Translations under genes and position numbers: made by a program
NCBI GenBank assembly: GCA_044892525.1
Contig: CM097885.1
Coordinates: forward strand, 34,226,001-34,290,000
Direction of reading: 5' to 3'
Length of the DNA stretch: 64,000 nucleotides
Source of the DNA: Schmidtea polychroa
Lineage: Eukaryota
The notes under the pieces: generated by a model
What the model was told of the DNA's origin: nothing
Seen by the model: the letters and a program-made list of their open reading frames with translations, nothing else
The model's database searches: none
In this document: positions 23,101-38,100 of the stretch, in pieces
How the letters are laid out: every line of letters starts with the position of its first letter
Numbering within the stretch: position 1 is the stretch's first letter

Positions 23101-26100
23101 GAATTCAGATCAATATAATATTTCAATTTCAATATTTGACAAGTGACATAAATTTTTTCAAAAATTTAATTGCCGCGAACCGGGATCGAACCAGTGACCT
23201 TTAGATCTTCAGTCTAACGCTCTCCCAACTGAGCTATCGCGGCTTATTTACAATAACAGACATCAGCTCATCACTGGTAAATTCCACTAGAGCTTTATTT
23301 TCAAATTTTCATCAAACACCAATCTTATTTCCAACGTTCAAATTCATTATCATTTGAATTCAGATCAATATAATATTTCAATTTCAATATTTGACAAGTG
23401 ACATAAATTTTTTCAAAAATTTAATTGCCGCGAACCGGGATCGAACTAGTGACCTTTAGATCTTCAGTCTAACGCTCTCCCAACTGAGCTATCGCGGCTT
23501 ATTTACAATAACAGACATCAGCTCATCACTGGTAAATTCCACTAGAGCTTTATTTTCAAATTTTCATCAAACACCAATCTTATTTCCAACGTTCAAATTC
23601 ATTATCATTTGAATTCAGATCAATATAATATTTCAATTTCAATATTTGACAAGTGACATAAATTTTTTCAAAAATTTAATTGCCGCGAACCGGGATCGAA
23701 CCAGTGACCTTTAGATCTTCAGTCTAACGCTCTCCCAACTGAGCTATCGCGGCTTATTTACAATAACAGACATCAGCTCATCACTGGTAAATTCCACTAG
23801 AGCTTTATTTTCAAATTTTCATCAAACACCAATCTTATTTCCAACGTTCAAATTCATTATCATTTGAATTCAGATCAATATAATATTTCAATTTCAATAT
23901 TTGACAAGTGACATAAATTTTTTCAAAAATTTAATTGCCGCGAACCGGGATCGAACCAGTGACCTTTAGATCTTCAGTCTAACGCTCTCCCAACTGAGCT
24001 ATCGCGGCTTATTTACAATAACAGACATCAGCTCATCACTGGTAAATTCCACTAGAGCTTTATTTTCAAATTTTCATCAAACACCAATCTTATTTCCAAC
24101 GTTCAAATTCATTATCATTTGAATTCAGATCAATATAATATTTCAATTTCAATATTTGACAAGTGACATAAATTTTTTCAAAAATTTAATTGCCGCGAAC
24201 CGGGATCGAACCAGTGACCTTTAGATCTTCAGTCTAACGCTCTCCCAACTGAGCTATCGCGGCTTATTTACAATAACAGACATCAGCTCATCACTGGTAA
24301 ATTCCACTAGAGCTTTATTTTCAAATTTTCATCAAACACCAATCTTATTTCCAACGTTCAAATTCATTATCATTTGAATTCAGATCAATATAATATTTCA
24401 ATTTCAATATTTGACAAGTGACATAAATTTTTTCAAAAATTTAATTGCCGCGAACCGGGATCGAACCAGTGACCTTTAGATCTTCAGTCTAACGCTCTCC
24501 CAACTGAGCTATCGCGGCTTATTTACAATAACAGACATCAGCTCATCACTGGTAAATTCCACTAGAGCTTTATTTTCAAATTTTCATCAAACACCAATCT
24601 TATTTCCAACGTTCAAATTCATTATCATTTGAATTCAGATCAATATAATATTTCAATTTCAATATTTGACAAGTGACATAAATTTTTTCAAAAATTTAAT
24701 TGCCGCGAACCGGGATCGAACCAGTGACCTTTAGATCTTCAGTCTAACGCTCTCCCAACTGAGCTATCGCGGCTTATTTACAATAACAGACATCAGCTCA
24801 TCACTGGTAAATTCCACTAGAGCTTTATTTTCAAATTTTCATCAAACACCAATCTTATTTCCAACGTTCAAATTCATTATCATTTGAATTCAGATCAATA
24901 TAATATTTCAATTTCAATATTTGACAAGTGACATAAATTTTTTCAAAAATTTAATTGCCGCGAACCGGGATCGAACCAGTGACCTTTAGATCTTCAGTCT
25001 AACGCTCTCCCAACTGAGCTATCGCGGCTTATTTACAATAACAGACATCAGCTCATCACTGGTAAATTCCACTAGAGCTTTATTTTCAAATTTTCATCAA
25101 ACACCAATCTTATTTCCAACGTTCAAATTCATTATCATTTGAATTCAGATCAATATAATATTTCAATTTCAATATTTGACAAGTGACATAAATTTTTTCA
25201 AAAATTTAATTGCCGCGAACCGGGATCGAACCAGTGACCTTTAGATCTTCAGTCTAACGCTCTCCCAACTGAGCTATCGCGGCTTATTTACAATAACAGA
25301 CATCAGCTCATCACTGGTAAATTCCACTAGAGCTTTATTTTCAAATTTTCATCAAACACCAATCTTATTTCCAACGTTCAAATTCATTATCATTTGAATT
25401 CAGATCAATATAATATTTCAATTTCAATATTTGACAAGTGACATAAATTTTTTCAAAAATTTAATTGCCGCGAACCGGGATCGAACCAGTGACCTTTAGA
25501 TCTTCAGTCTAACGCTCTCCCAACTGAGCTATCGCGGCTTATTTACAATAACAGACATCAGCTCATCACTGGTAAATTCCACTAGAGCTTTATTTTCAAA
25601 TTTTCATCAAACACCAATCTTATTTCCAACGTTCAAATTCATTATCATTTGAATTCAGATCAATATAATATTTCAATTTCAATATTTGACAAGTGACATA
25701 AATTTTTTCAAAAATTTAATTGCCGCGAACCGGGATCGAACCAGTGACCTTTAGATCTTCAGTCTAACGCTCTCCCAACTGAGCTATCGCGGCTTATTTA
25801 CAATAACAGACATCAGCTCATCACTGGTAAATTCCACTAGAGCTTTATTTTCAAATTTTCATCAAACACCAATCTTATTTCCAACGTTCAAATTCATTAT
25901 CATTTGAATTCAGATCAATATAATATTTCAATTTCAATATTTGACAAGTGACATAAATTTTTTCAAAAATTTAATTGCCGCGAACCGGGATCGAACCAGT
26001 GACCTTTAGATCTTCAGTCTAACGCTCTCCCAACTGAGCTATCGCGGCTTATTTACAATAACAGACATCAGCTCATCACTGGTAAATTCCACTAGAGCTT

Positions 26101-29100
26101 TATTTTCAAATTTTCATCAAACACCAATCTTATTTCCAACGTTCAAATTCATTATCATTTGAATTCAGATCAATATAATATTTCAATTTCAATATTTGAC
26201 AAGTGACATAAATTTTTTCAAAAATTTAATTGCCGCGAACCGGGATCGAACCAGTGACCTTTAGATCTTCAGTCTAACGCTCTCCCAACTGAGCTATCGC
26301 GGCTTATTTACAATAACAGACATCAGCTCATCACTGGTAAATTCCACTAGAGCTTTATTTTCAAATTTTCATCAAACACCAATCTTATTTCCAACGTTCA
26401 AATTCATTATCATTTGAATTCAGATCAATATAATATTTCAATTTCAATATTTGACAAGTGACATAAATTTTTTCAAAAATTTAATTGCCGCGAACCGGGA
26501 TCGAACCAGTGACCTTTAGATCTTCAGTCTAACGCTCTCCCAACTGAGCTATCGCGGCTTATTTACAATAACAGACATCAGCTCATCACTGGTAAATTCC
26601 ACTAGAGCTTTATTTTCAAATTTTCATCAAACACCAATCTTATTTCCAACGTTCAAATTCATTATCATTTGAATTCAGATCAATATAATATTTCAATTTC
26701 AATATTTGACAAGTGACATAAATTTTTTCAAAAATTTAATTGCCGCGAACCGGGATCGAACCAGTGACCTTTAGATCTTCAGTCTAACGCTCTCCCAACT
26801 GAGCTATCGCGGCTTATTTACAATAACAGACATCAGCTCATCACTGGTAAATTCCACTAGAGCTTTATTTTCAAATTTTCATCAAACACCAATCTTATTT
26901 CCAACGTTCAAATTCATTATCATTTGAATTCAGATCAATATAATATTTCAATTTCAATATTTGACAAGTGACATAAATTTTTTCAAAAATTTAATTGCCG
27001 CGAACCGGGATCGAACCAGTGACCTTTAGATCTTCAGTCTAACGCTCTCCCAACTGAGCTATCGCGGCTTATTTACAATAACAGACATCAGCTCATCACT
27101 GGTAAATTCCACTAGAGCTTTATTTTCAAATTTTCATCAAACACCAATCTTATTTCCAACGTTCAAATTCATTATCATTTGAATTCAGATCAATATAATA
27201 TTTCAATTTCAATATTTGACAAGTGACATAAATTTTTTCAAAAATTTAATTGCCGCGAACCGGGATCGAACCAGTGACCTTTAGATCTTCAGTCTAACGC
27301 TCTCCCAACTGAGCTATCGCGGCTTATTTACAATAACAGACATCAGCTCATCACTGGTAAATTCCACTAGAGCTTTATTTTCAAATTTTCATCAAACACC
27401 AATCTTATTTCCAACGTTCAAATTCATTATCATTTGAATTCAGATCAATATAATATTTCAATTTCAATATTTGACAAGTGACATAAATTTTTTCAAAAAT
27501 TTAATTGCCGCGAACCGGGATCGAACCAGTGACCTTTAGATCTTCAGTCTAACGCTCTCCCAACTGAGCTATCGCGGCTTATTTACAATAACAGACATCA
27601 GCTCATCACTGGTAAATTCCACTAGAGCTTTATTTTCAAATTTTCATCAAACACCAATCTTATTTCCAACGTTCAAATTCATTATCATTTGAATTCAGAT
27701 CAATATAATATTTCAATTTCAATATTTGACAAGTGACATAAATTTTTTCAAAAATTTAATTGCCGCGAACCGGGATCGAACCAGTGACCTTTAGATCTTC
27801 AGTCTAACGCTCTCCCAACTGAGCTATCGCGGCTTATTTACAATAACAGACATCAGCTCATCACTGGTAAATTCCACTAGAGCTTTATTTTCAAATTTTC
27901 ATCAAACACCAATCTTATTTCCAACGTTCAAATTCATTATCATTTGAATTCAGATCAATATAATATTTCAATTTCAATATTTGACAAGTGACATAAATTT
28001 TTTCAAAAATTTAATTGCCGCGAACCGGGATCGAACTAGTGACCTTTAGATCTTCAGTCTAACGCTCTCCCAACTGAGCTATCGCGGCTTATTTACAATA
28101 ACAGACATCAGCTCATCACTGGTAAATTCCACTAGAGCTTTATTTTCAAATTTTCATCAAACACCAATCTTATTTCCAACGTTCAAATTCATTATCATTT
28201 GAATTCAGATCAATATAATATTTCAATTTCAATATTTGACAAGTGACATAAATTTTTTCAAAAATTTAATTGCCGCGAACCGGGATCGAACCAGTGACCT
28301 TTAGATCTTCAGTCTAACGCTCTCCCAACTGAGCTATCGCGGCTTATTTACAATAACAGACATCAGCTCATCACTGGTAAATTCCACTAGAGCTTTATTT
28401 TCAAATTTTCATCAAACACCAATCTTATTTCCAACGTTCAAATTCATTATCATTTGAATTCAGATCAATATAATATTTCAATTTCAATATTTGACAAGTG
28501 ACATAAATTTTTTCAAAAATTTAATTGCCGCGAACCGGGATCGAACCAGTGACCTTTAGATCTTCAGTCTAACGCTCTCCCAACTGAGCTATCGCGGCTT
28601 ATTTACAATAACAGACATCAGCTCATCACTGGTAAATTCCACTAGAGCTTTATTTTCAAATTTTCATCAAACACCAATCTTATTTCCAACGTTCAAATTC
28701 ATTATCATTTGAATTCAGATCAATATAATATTTCAATTTCAATATTTGACAAGTGACATAAATTTTTTCAAAAATTTAATTGCCGCGAACCGGGATCGAA
28801 CCAGTGACCTTTAGATCTTCAGTCTAACGCTCTCCCAACTGAGCTATCGCGGCTTATTTACAATAACAGACATCAGCTCATCACTGGTAAATTCCACTAG
28901 AGCTTTATTTTCAAATTTTCATCAAACACCAATCTTATTTCCAACGTTCAAATTCATTATCATTTGAATTCAGATCAATATAATATTTCAATTTCAATAT
29001 TTGACAAGTGACATAAATTTTTTCAAAAATTTAATTGCCGCGAACCGGGATCGAACCAGTGACCTTTAGATCTTCAGTCTAACGCTCTCCCAACTGAGCT

Positions 29101-32100
29101 ATCGCGGCTTATTTACAATAACAGACATCAGCTCATCACTGGTAAATTCCACTAGAGCTTTATTTTCAAATTTTCATCAAACACCAATCTTATTTCCAAC
29201 GTTCAAATTCATTATCATTTGAATTCAGATCAATATAATATTTCAATTTCAATATTTGACAAGTGACATAAATTTTTTCAAAAATTTAATTGCCGCGAAC
29301 CGGGATCGAACCAGTGACCTTTAGATCTTCAGTCTAACGCTCTCCCAACTGAGCTATCGCGGCTTATTTACAATAACAGACATCAGCTCATCACTGGTAA
29401 ATTCCACTAGAGCTTTATTTTCAAATTTTCATCAAACACCAATCTTATTTCCAACGTTCAAATTCATTATCATTTGAATTCAGATCAATATAATATTTCA
29501 ATTTCAATATTTGACAAGTGACATAAATTTTTTCAAAAATTTAATTGCCGCGAACCGGGATCGAACCAGTGACCTTTAGATCTTCAGTCTAACGCTCTCC
29601 CAACTGAGCTATCGCGGCTTATTTACAATAACAGACATCAGCTCATCACTGGTAAATTCCACTAGAGCTTTATTTTCAAATTTTCATCAAACACCAATCT
29701 TATTTCCAACGTTCAAATTCATTATCATTTGAATTCAGATCAATATAATATTTCAATTTCAATATTTGACAAGTGACATAAATTTTTTCAAAAATTTAAT
29801 TGCCGCGAACCGGGATCGAACCAGTGACCTTTAGATCTTCAGTCTAACGCTCTCCCAACTGAGCTATCGCGGCTTATTTACAATAACAGACATCAGCTCA
29901 TCACTGGTAAATTCCACTAGAGCTTTATTTTCAAATTTTCATCAAACACCAATCTTATTTCCAACGTTCAAATTCATTATCATTTGAATTCAGATCAATA
30001 TAATATTTCAATTTCAATATTTGACAAGTGACATAAATTTTTTCAAAAATTTAATTGCCGCGAACCGGGATCGAACCAGTGACCTTTAGATCTTCAGTCT
30101 AACGCTCTCCCAACTGAGCTATCGCGGCTTATTTACAATAACAGACATCAGCTCATCACTGGTAAATTCCACTAGAGCTTTATTTTCAAATTTTCATCAA
30201 ACACCAATCTTATTTCCAACGTTCAAATTCATTATCATTTGAATTCAGATCAATATAATATTTCAATTTCAATATTTGACAAGTGACATAAATTTTTTCA
30301 AAAATTTAATTGCCGCGAACCGGGATCGAACCAGTGACCTTTAGATCTTCAGTCTAACGCTCTCCCAACTGAGCTATCGCGGCTTATTTACAATAACAGA
30401 CATCAGCTCATCACTGGTAAATTCCACTAGAGCTTTATTTTCAAATTTTCATCAAACACCAATCTTATTTCCAACGTTCAAATTCATTATCATTTGAATT
30501 CAGATCAATATAATATTTCAATTTCAATATTTGACAAGTGACATAAATTTTTTCAAAAATTTAATTGCCGCGAACCGGGATCGAACCAGTGACCTTTAGA
30601 TCTTCAGTCTAACGCTCTCCCAACTGAGCTATCGCGGCTTATTTACAATAACAGACATCAGCTCATCACTGGTAAATTCCACTAGAGCTTTATTTTCAAA
30701 TTTTCATCAAACACCAATCTTATTTCCAACGTTCAAATTCATTATCATTTGAATTCAGATCAATATAATATTTCAATTTCAATATTTGACAAGTGACATA
30801 AATTTTTTCAAAAATTTAATTGCCGCGAACCGGGATCGAACCAGTGACCTTTAGATCTTCAGTCTAACGCTCTCCCAACTGAGCTATCGCGGCTTATTTA
30901 CAATAACAGACATCAGCTCATCACTGGTAAATTCCACTAGAGCTTTATTTTCAAATTTTCATCAAACACCAATCTTATTTCCAACGTTCAAATTCATTAT
31001 CATTTGAATTCAGATCAATATAATATTTCAATTTCAATATTTGACAAGTGACATAAATTTTTTCAAAAATTTAATTGCCGCGAACCGGGATCGAACCAGT
31101 GACCTTTAGATCTTCAGTCTAACGCTCTCCCAACTGAGCTATCGCGGCTTATTTACAATAACAGACATCAGCTCATCACTGGTAAATTCCACTAGAGCTT
31201 TATTTTCAAATTTTCATCAAACACCAATCTTATTTCCAACGTTCAAATTCATTATCATTTGAATTCAGATCAATATAATATTTCAATTTCAATATTTGAC
31301 AAGTGACATAAATTTTTTCAAAAATTTAATTGCCGCGAACCGGGATCGAACCAGTGACCTTTAGATCTTCAGTCTAACGCTCTCCCAACTGAGCTATCGC
31401 GGCTTATTTACAATAACAGACATCAGCTCATCACTGGTAAATTCCACTAGAGCTTTATTTTCAAATTTTCATCAAACACCAATCTTATTTCCAACGTTCA
31501 AATTCATTATCATTTGAATTCAGATCAATATAATATTTCAATTTCAATATTTGACAAGTGACATAAATTTTTTCAAAAATTTAATTGCCGCGAACCGGGA
31601 TCGAACCAGTGACCTTTAGATCTTCAGTCTAACGCTCTCCCAACTGAGCTATCGCGGCTTATTTACAATAACAGACATCAGCTCATCACTGGTAAATTCC
31701 ACTAGAGCTTTATTTTCAAATTTTCATCAAACACCAATCTTATTTCCAACGTTCAAATTCATTATCATTTGAATTCAGATCAATATAATATTTCAATTTC
31801 AATATTTGACAAGTGACATAAATTTTTTCAAAAATTTAATTGCCGCGAACCGGGATCGAACCAGTGACCTTTAGATCTTCAGTCTAACGCTCTCCCAACT
31901 GAGCTATCGCGGCTTATTTACAATAACAGACATCAGCTCATCACTGGTAAATTCCACTAGAGCTTTATTTTCAAATTTTCATCAAACACCAATCTTATTT
32001 CCAACGTTCAAATTCATTATCATTTGAATTCAGATCAATATAATATTTCAATTTCAATATTTGACAAGTGACATAAATTTTTTCAAAAATTTAATTGCCG

Positions 32101-35100
32101 CGAACCGGGATCGAACCAGTGACCTTTAGATCTTCAGTCTAACGCTCTCCCAACTGAGCTATCGCGGCTTATTTACAATAACAGACATCAGCTCATCACT
32201 GGTAAATTCCACTAGAGCTTTATTTTCAAATTTTCATCAAACACCAATCTTATTTCCAACGTTCAAATTCATTATCATTTGAATTCAGATCAATATAATA
32301 TTTCAATTTCAATATTTGACAAGTGACATAAATTTTTTCAAAAATTTAATTGCCGCGAACCGGGATCGAACCAGTGACCTTTAGATCTTCAGTCTAACGC
32401 TCTCCCAACTGAGCTATCGCGGCTTATTTACAATAACAGACATCAGCTCATCACTGGTAAATTCCACTAGAGCTTTATTTTCAAATTTTCATCAAACACC
32501 AATCTTATTTCCAACGTTCAAATTCATTATCATTTGAATTCAGATCAATATAATATTTCAATTTCAATATTTGACAAGTGACATAAATTTTTTCAAAAAT
32601 TTAATTGCCGCGAACCGGGATCGAACCAGTGACCTTTAGATCTTCAGTCTAACGCTCTCCCAACTGAGCTATCGCGGCTTATTTACAATAACAGACATCA
32701 GCTCATCACTGGTAAATTCCACTAGAGCTTTATTTTCAAATTTTCATCAAACACCAATCTTATTTCCAACGTTCAAATTCATTATCATTTGAATTCAGAT
32801 CAATATAATATTTCAATTTCAATATTTGACAAGTGACATAAATTTTTTCAAAAATTTAATTGCCGCGAACCGGGATCGAACCAGTGACCTTTAGATCTTC
32901 AGTCTAACGCTCTCCCAACTGAGCTATCGCGGCTTATTTACAATAACAGACATCAGCTCATCACTGGTAAATTCCACTAGAGCTTTATTTTCAAATTTTC
33001 ATCAAACACCAATCTTATTTCCAACGTTCAAATTCATTATCATTTGAATTCAGATCAATATAATATTTCAATTTCAATATTTGACAAGTGACATAAATTT
33101 TTTCAAAAATTTAATTGCCGCGAACCGGGATCGAACCAGTGACCTTTAGATCTTCAGTCTAACGCTCTCCCAACTGAGCTATCGCGGCTTATTTACAATA
33201 ACAGACATCAGCTCATCACTGGTAAATTCCACTAGAGCTTTATTTTCAAATTTTCATCAAACACCAATCTTATTTCCAACGTTCAAATTCATTATCATTT
33301 GAATTCAGATCAATATAATATTTCAATTTCAATATTTGACAAGTGACATAAATTTTTTCAAAAATTTAATTGCCGCGAACCGGGATCGAACCAGTGACCT
33401 TTAGATCTTCAGTCTAACGCTCTCCCAACTGAGCTATCGCGGCTTATTTACAATAACAGACATCAGCTCATCACTGGTAAATTCCACTAGAGCTTTATTT
33501 TCAAATTTTCATCAAACACCAATCTTATTTCCAACGTTCAAATTCATTATCATTTGAATTCAGATCAATATAATATTTCAATTTCAATATTTGACAAGTG
33601 ACATAAATTTTTTCAAAAATTTAATTGCCGCGAACCGGGATCGAACCAGTGACCTTTAGATCTTCAGTCTAACGCTCTCCCAACTGAGCTATCGCGGCTT
33701 ATTTACAATAACAGACATCAGCTCATCACTGGTAAATTCCACTAGAGCTTTATTTTCAAATTTTCATCAAACACCAATCTTATTTCCAACGTTCAAATTC
33801 ATTATCATTTGAATTCAGATCAATATAATATTTCAATTTCAATATTTGACAAGTGACATAAATTTTTTCAAAAATTTAATTGCCGCGAACCGGGATCGAA
33901 CCAGTGACCTTTAGATCTTCAGTCTAACGCTCTCCCAACTGAGCTATCGCGGCTTATTTACAATAACAGACATCAGCTCATCACTGGTAAATTCCACTAG
34001 AGCTTTATTTTCAAATTTTCATCAAACACCAATCTTATTTCCAACGTTCAAATTCATTATCATTTGAATTCAGATCAATATAATATTTCAATTTCAATAT
34101 TTGACAAGTGACATAAATTTTTTCAAAAATTTAATTGCCGCGAACCGGGATCGAACCAGTGACCTTTAGATCTTCAGTCTAACGCTCTCCCAACTGAGCT
34201 ATCGCGGCTTATTTACAATAACAGACATCAGCTCATCACTGGTAAATTCCACTAGAGCTTTATTTTCAAATTTTCATCAAACACCAATCTTATTTCCAAC
34301 GTTCAAATTCATTATCATTTGAATTCAGATCAATATAATATTTCAATTTCAATATTTGACAAGTGACATAAATTTTTTCAAAAATTTAATTGCCGCGAAC
34401 CGGGATCGAACCAGTGACCTTTAGATCTTCAGTCTAACGCTCTCCCAACTGAGCTATCGCGGCTTATTTACAATAACAGACATCAGCTCATCACTGGTAA
34501 ATTCCACTAGAGCTTTATTTTCAAATTTTCATCAAACACCAATCTTATTTCCAACGTTCAAATTCATTATCATTTGAATTCAGATCAATATAATATTTCA
34601 ATTTCAATATTTGACAAGTGACATAAATTTTTTCAAAAATTTAATTGCCGCGAACCGGGATCGAACCAGTGACCTTTAGATCTTCAGTCTAACGCTCTCC
34701 CAACTGAGCTATCGCGGCTTATTTACAATAACAGACATCAGCTCATCACTGGTAAATTCCACTAGAGCTTTATTTTCAAATTTTCATCAAACACCAATCT
34801 TATTTCCAACGTTCAAATTCATTATCATTTGAATTCAGATCAATATAATATTTCAATTTCAATATTTGACAAGTGACATAAATTTTTTCAAAAATTTAAT
34901 TGCCGCGAACCGGGATCGAACCAGTGACCTTTAGATCTTCAGTCTAACGCTCTCCCAACTGAGCTATCGCGGCTTATTTACAATAACAGACATCAGCTCA
35001 TCACTGGTAAATTCCACTAGAGCTTTATTTTCAAATTTTCATCAAACACCAATCTTATTTCCAACGTTCAAATTCATTATCATTTGAATTCAGATCAATA

Positions 35101-38100
35101 TAATATTTCAATTTCAATATTTGACAAGTGACATAAATTTTTTCAAAAATTTAATTGCCGCGAACCGGGATCGAACCAGTGACCTTTAGATCTTCAGTCT
35201 AACGCTCTCCCAACTGAGCTATCGCGGCTTATTTACAATAACAGACATCAGCTCATCACTGGTAAATTCCACTAGAGCTTTATTTTCAAATTTTCATCAA
35301 ACACCAATCTTATTTCCAACGTTCAAATTCATTATCATTTGAATTCAGATCAATATAATATTTCAATTTCAATATTTGACAAGTGACATAAATTTTTTCA
35401 AAAATTTAATTGCCGCGAACCGGGATCGAACCAGTGACCTTTAGATCTTCAGTCTAACGCTCTCCCAACTGAGCTATCGCGGCTTATTTACAATAACAGA
35501 CATCAGCTCATCACTGGTAAATTCCACTAGAGCTTTATTTTCAAATTTTCATCAAACACCAATCTTATTTCCAACGTTCAAATTCATTATCATTTGAATT
35601 CAGATCAATATAATATTTCAATTTCAATATTTGACAAGTGACATAAATTTTTTCAAAAATTTAATTGCCGCGAACCGGGATCGAACCAGTGACCTTTAGA
35701 TCTTCAGTCTAACGCTCTCCCAACTGAGCTATCGCGGCTTATTTACAATAACAGACATCAGCTCATCACTGGTAAATTCCACTAGAGCTTTATTTTCAAA
35801 TTTTCATCAAACACCAATCTTATTTCCAACGTTCAAATTCATTATCATTTGAATTCAGATCAATATAATATTTCAATTTCAATATTTGACAAGTGACATA
35901 AATTTTTTCAAAAATTTAATTGCCGCGAACCGGGATCGAACCAGTGACCTTTAGATCTTCAGTCTAACGCTCTCCCAACTGAGCTATCGCGGCTTATTTA
36001 CAATAACAGACATCAGCTCATCACTGGTAAATTCCACTAGAGCTTTATTTTCAAATTTTCATCAAACACCAATCTTATTTCCAACGTTCAAATTCATTAT
36101 CATTTGAATTCAGATCAATATAATATTTCAATTTCAATATTTGACAAGTGACATAAATTTTTTCAAAAATTTAATTGCCGCGAACCGGGATCGAACCAGT
36201 GACCTTTAGATCTTCAGTCTAACGCTCTCCCAACTGAGCTATCGCGGCTTATTTACAATAACAGACATCAGCTCATCACTGGTAAATTCCACTAGAGCTT
36301 TATTTTCAAATTTTCATCAAACACCAATCTTATTTCCAACGTTCAAATTCATTATCATTTGAATTCAGATCAATATAATATTTCAATTTCAATATTTGAC
36401 AAGTGACATAAATTTTTTCAAAAATTTAATTGCCGCGAACCGGGATCGAACCAGTGACCTTTAGATCTTCAGTCTAACGCTCTCCCAACTGAGCTATCGC
36501 GGCTTATTTACAATAACAGACATCAGCTCATCACTGGTAAATTCCACTAGAGCTTTATTTTCAAATTTTCATCAAACACCAATCTTATTTCCAACGTTCA
36601 AATTCATTATCATTTGAATTCAGATCAATATAATATTTCAATTTCAATATTTGACAAGTGACATAAATTTTTTCAAAAATTTAATTGCCGCGAACCGGGA
36701 TCGAACCAGTGACCTTTAGATCTTCAGTCTAACGCTCTCCCAACTGAGCTATCGCGGCTTATTTACAATAACAGACATCAGCTCATCACTGGTAAATTCC
36801 ACTAGAGCTTTATTTTCAAATTTTCATCAAACACCAATCTTATTTCCAACGTTCAAATTCATTATCATTTGAATTCAGATCAATATAATATTTCAATTTC
36901 AATATTTGACAAGTGACATAAATTTTTTCAAAAATTTAATTGCCGCGAACCGGGATCGAACCAGTGACCTTTAGATCTTCAGTCTAACGCTCTCCCAACT
37001 GAGCTATCGCGGCTTATTTACAATAACAGACATCAGCTCATCACTGGTAAATTCCACTAGAGCTTTATTTTCAAATTTTCATCAAACACCAATCTTATTT
37101 CCAACGTTCAAATTCATTATCATTTGAATTCAGATCAATATAATATTTCAATTTCAATATTTGACAAGTGACATAAATTTTTTCAAAAATTTAATTGCCG
37201 CGAACCGGGATCGAACCAGTGACCTTTAGATCTTCAGTCTAACGCTCTCCCAACTGAGCTATCGCGGCTTATTTACAATAACAGACATCAGCTCATCACT
37301 GGTAAATTCCACTAGAGCTTTATTTTCAAATTTTCATCAAACACCAATCTTATTTCCAACGTTCAAATTCATTATCATTTGAATTCAGATCAATATAATA
37401 TTTCAATTTCAATATTTGACAAGTGACATAAATTTTTTCAAAAATTTAATTGCCGCGAACCGGGATCGAACCAGTGACCTTTAGATCTTCAGTCTAACGC
37501 TCTCCCAACTGAGCTATCGCGGCTTATTTACAATAACAGACATCAGCTCATCACTGGTAAATTCCACTAGAGCTTTATTTTCAAATTTTCATCAAACACC
37601 AATCTTATTTCCAACGTTCAAATTCATTATCATTTGAATTCAGATCAATATAATATTTCAATTTCAATATTTGACAAGTGACATAAATTTTTTCAAAAAT
37701 TTAATTGCCGCGAACCGGGATCGAACCAGTGACCTTTAGATCTTCAGTCTAACGCTCTCCCAACTGAGCTATCGCGGCTTATTTACAATAACAGACATCA
37801 GCTCATCACTGGTAAATTCCACTAGAGCTTTATTTTCAAATTTTCATCAAACACCAATCTTATTTCCAACGTTCAAATTCATTATCATTTGAATTCAGAT
37901 CAATATAATATTTCAATTTCAATATTTGACAAGTGACATAAATTTTTTCAAAAATTTAATTGCCGCGAACCGGGATCGAACCAGTGACCTTTAGATCTTC
38001 AGTCTAACGCTCTCCCAACTGAGCTATCGCGGCTTATTTACAATAACAGACATCAGCTCATCACTGGTAAATTCCACTAGAGCTTTATTTTCAAATTTTC

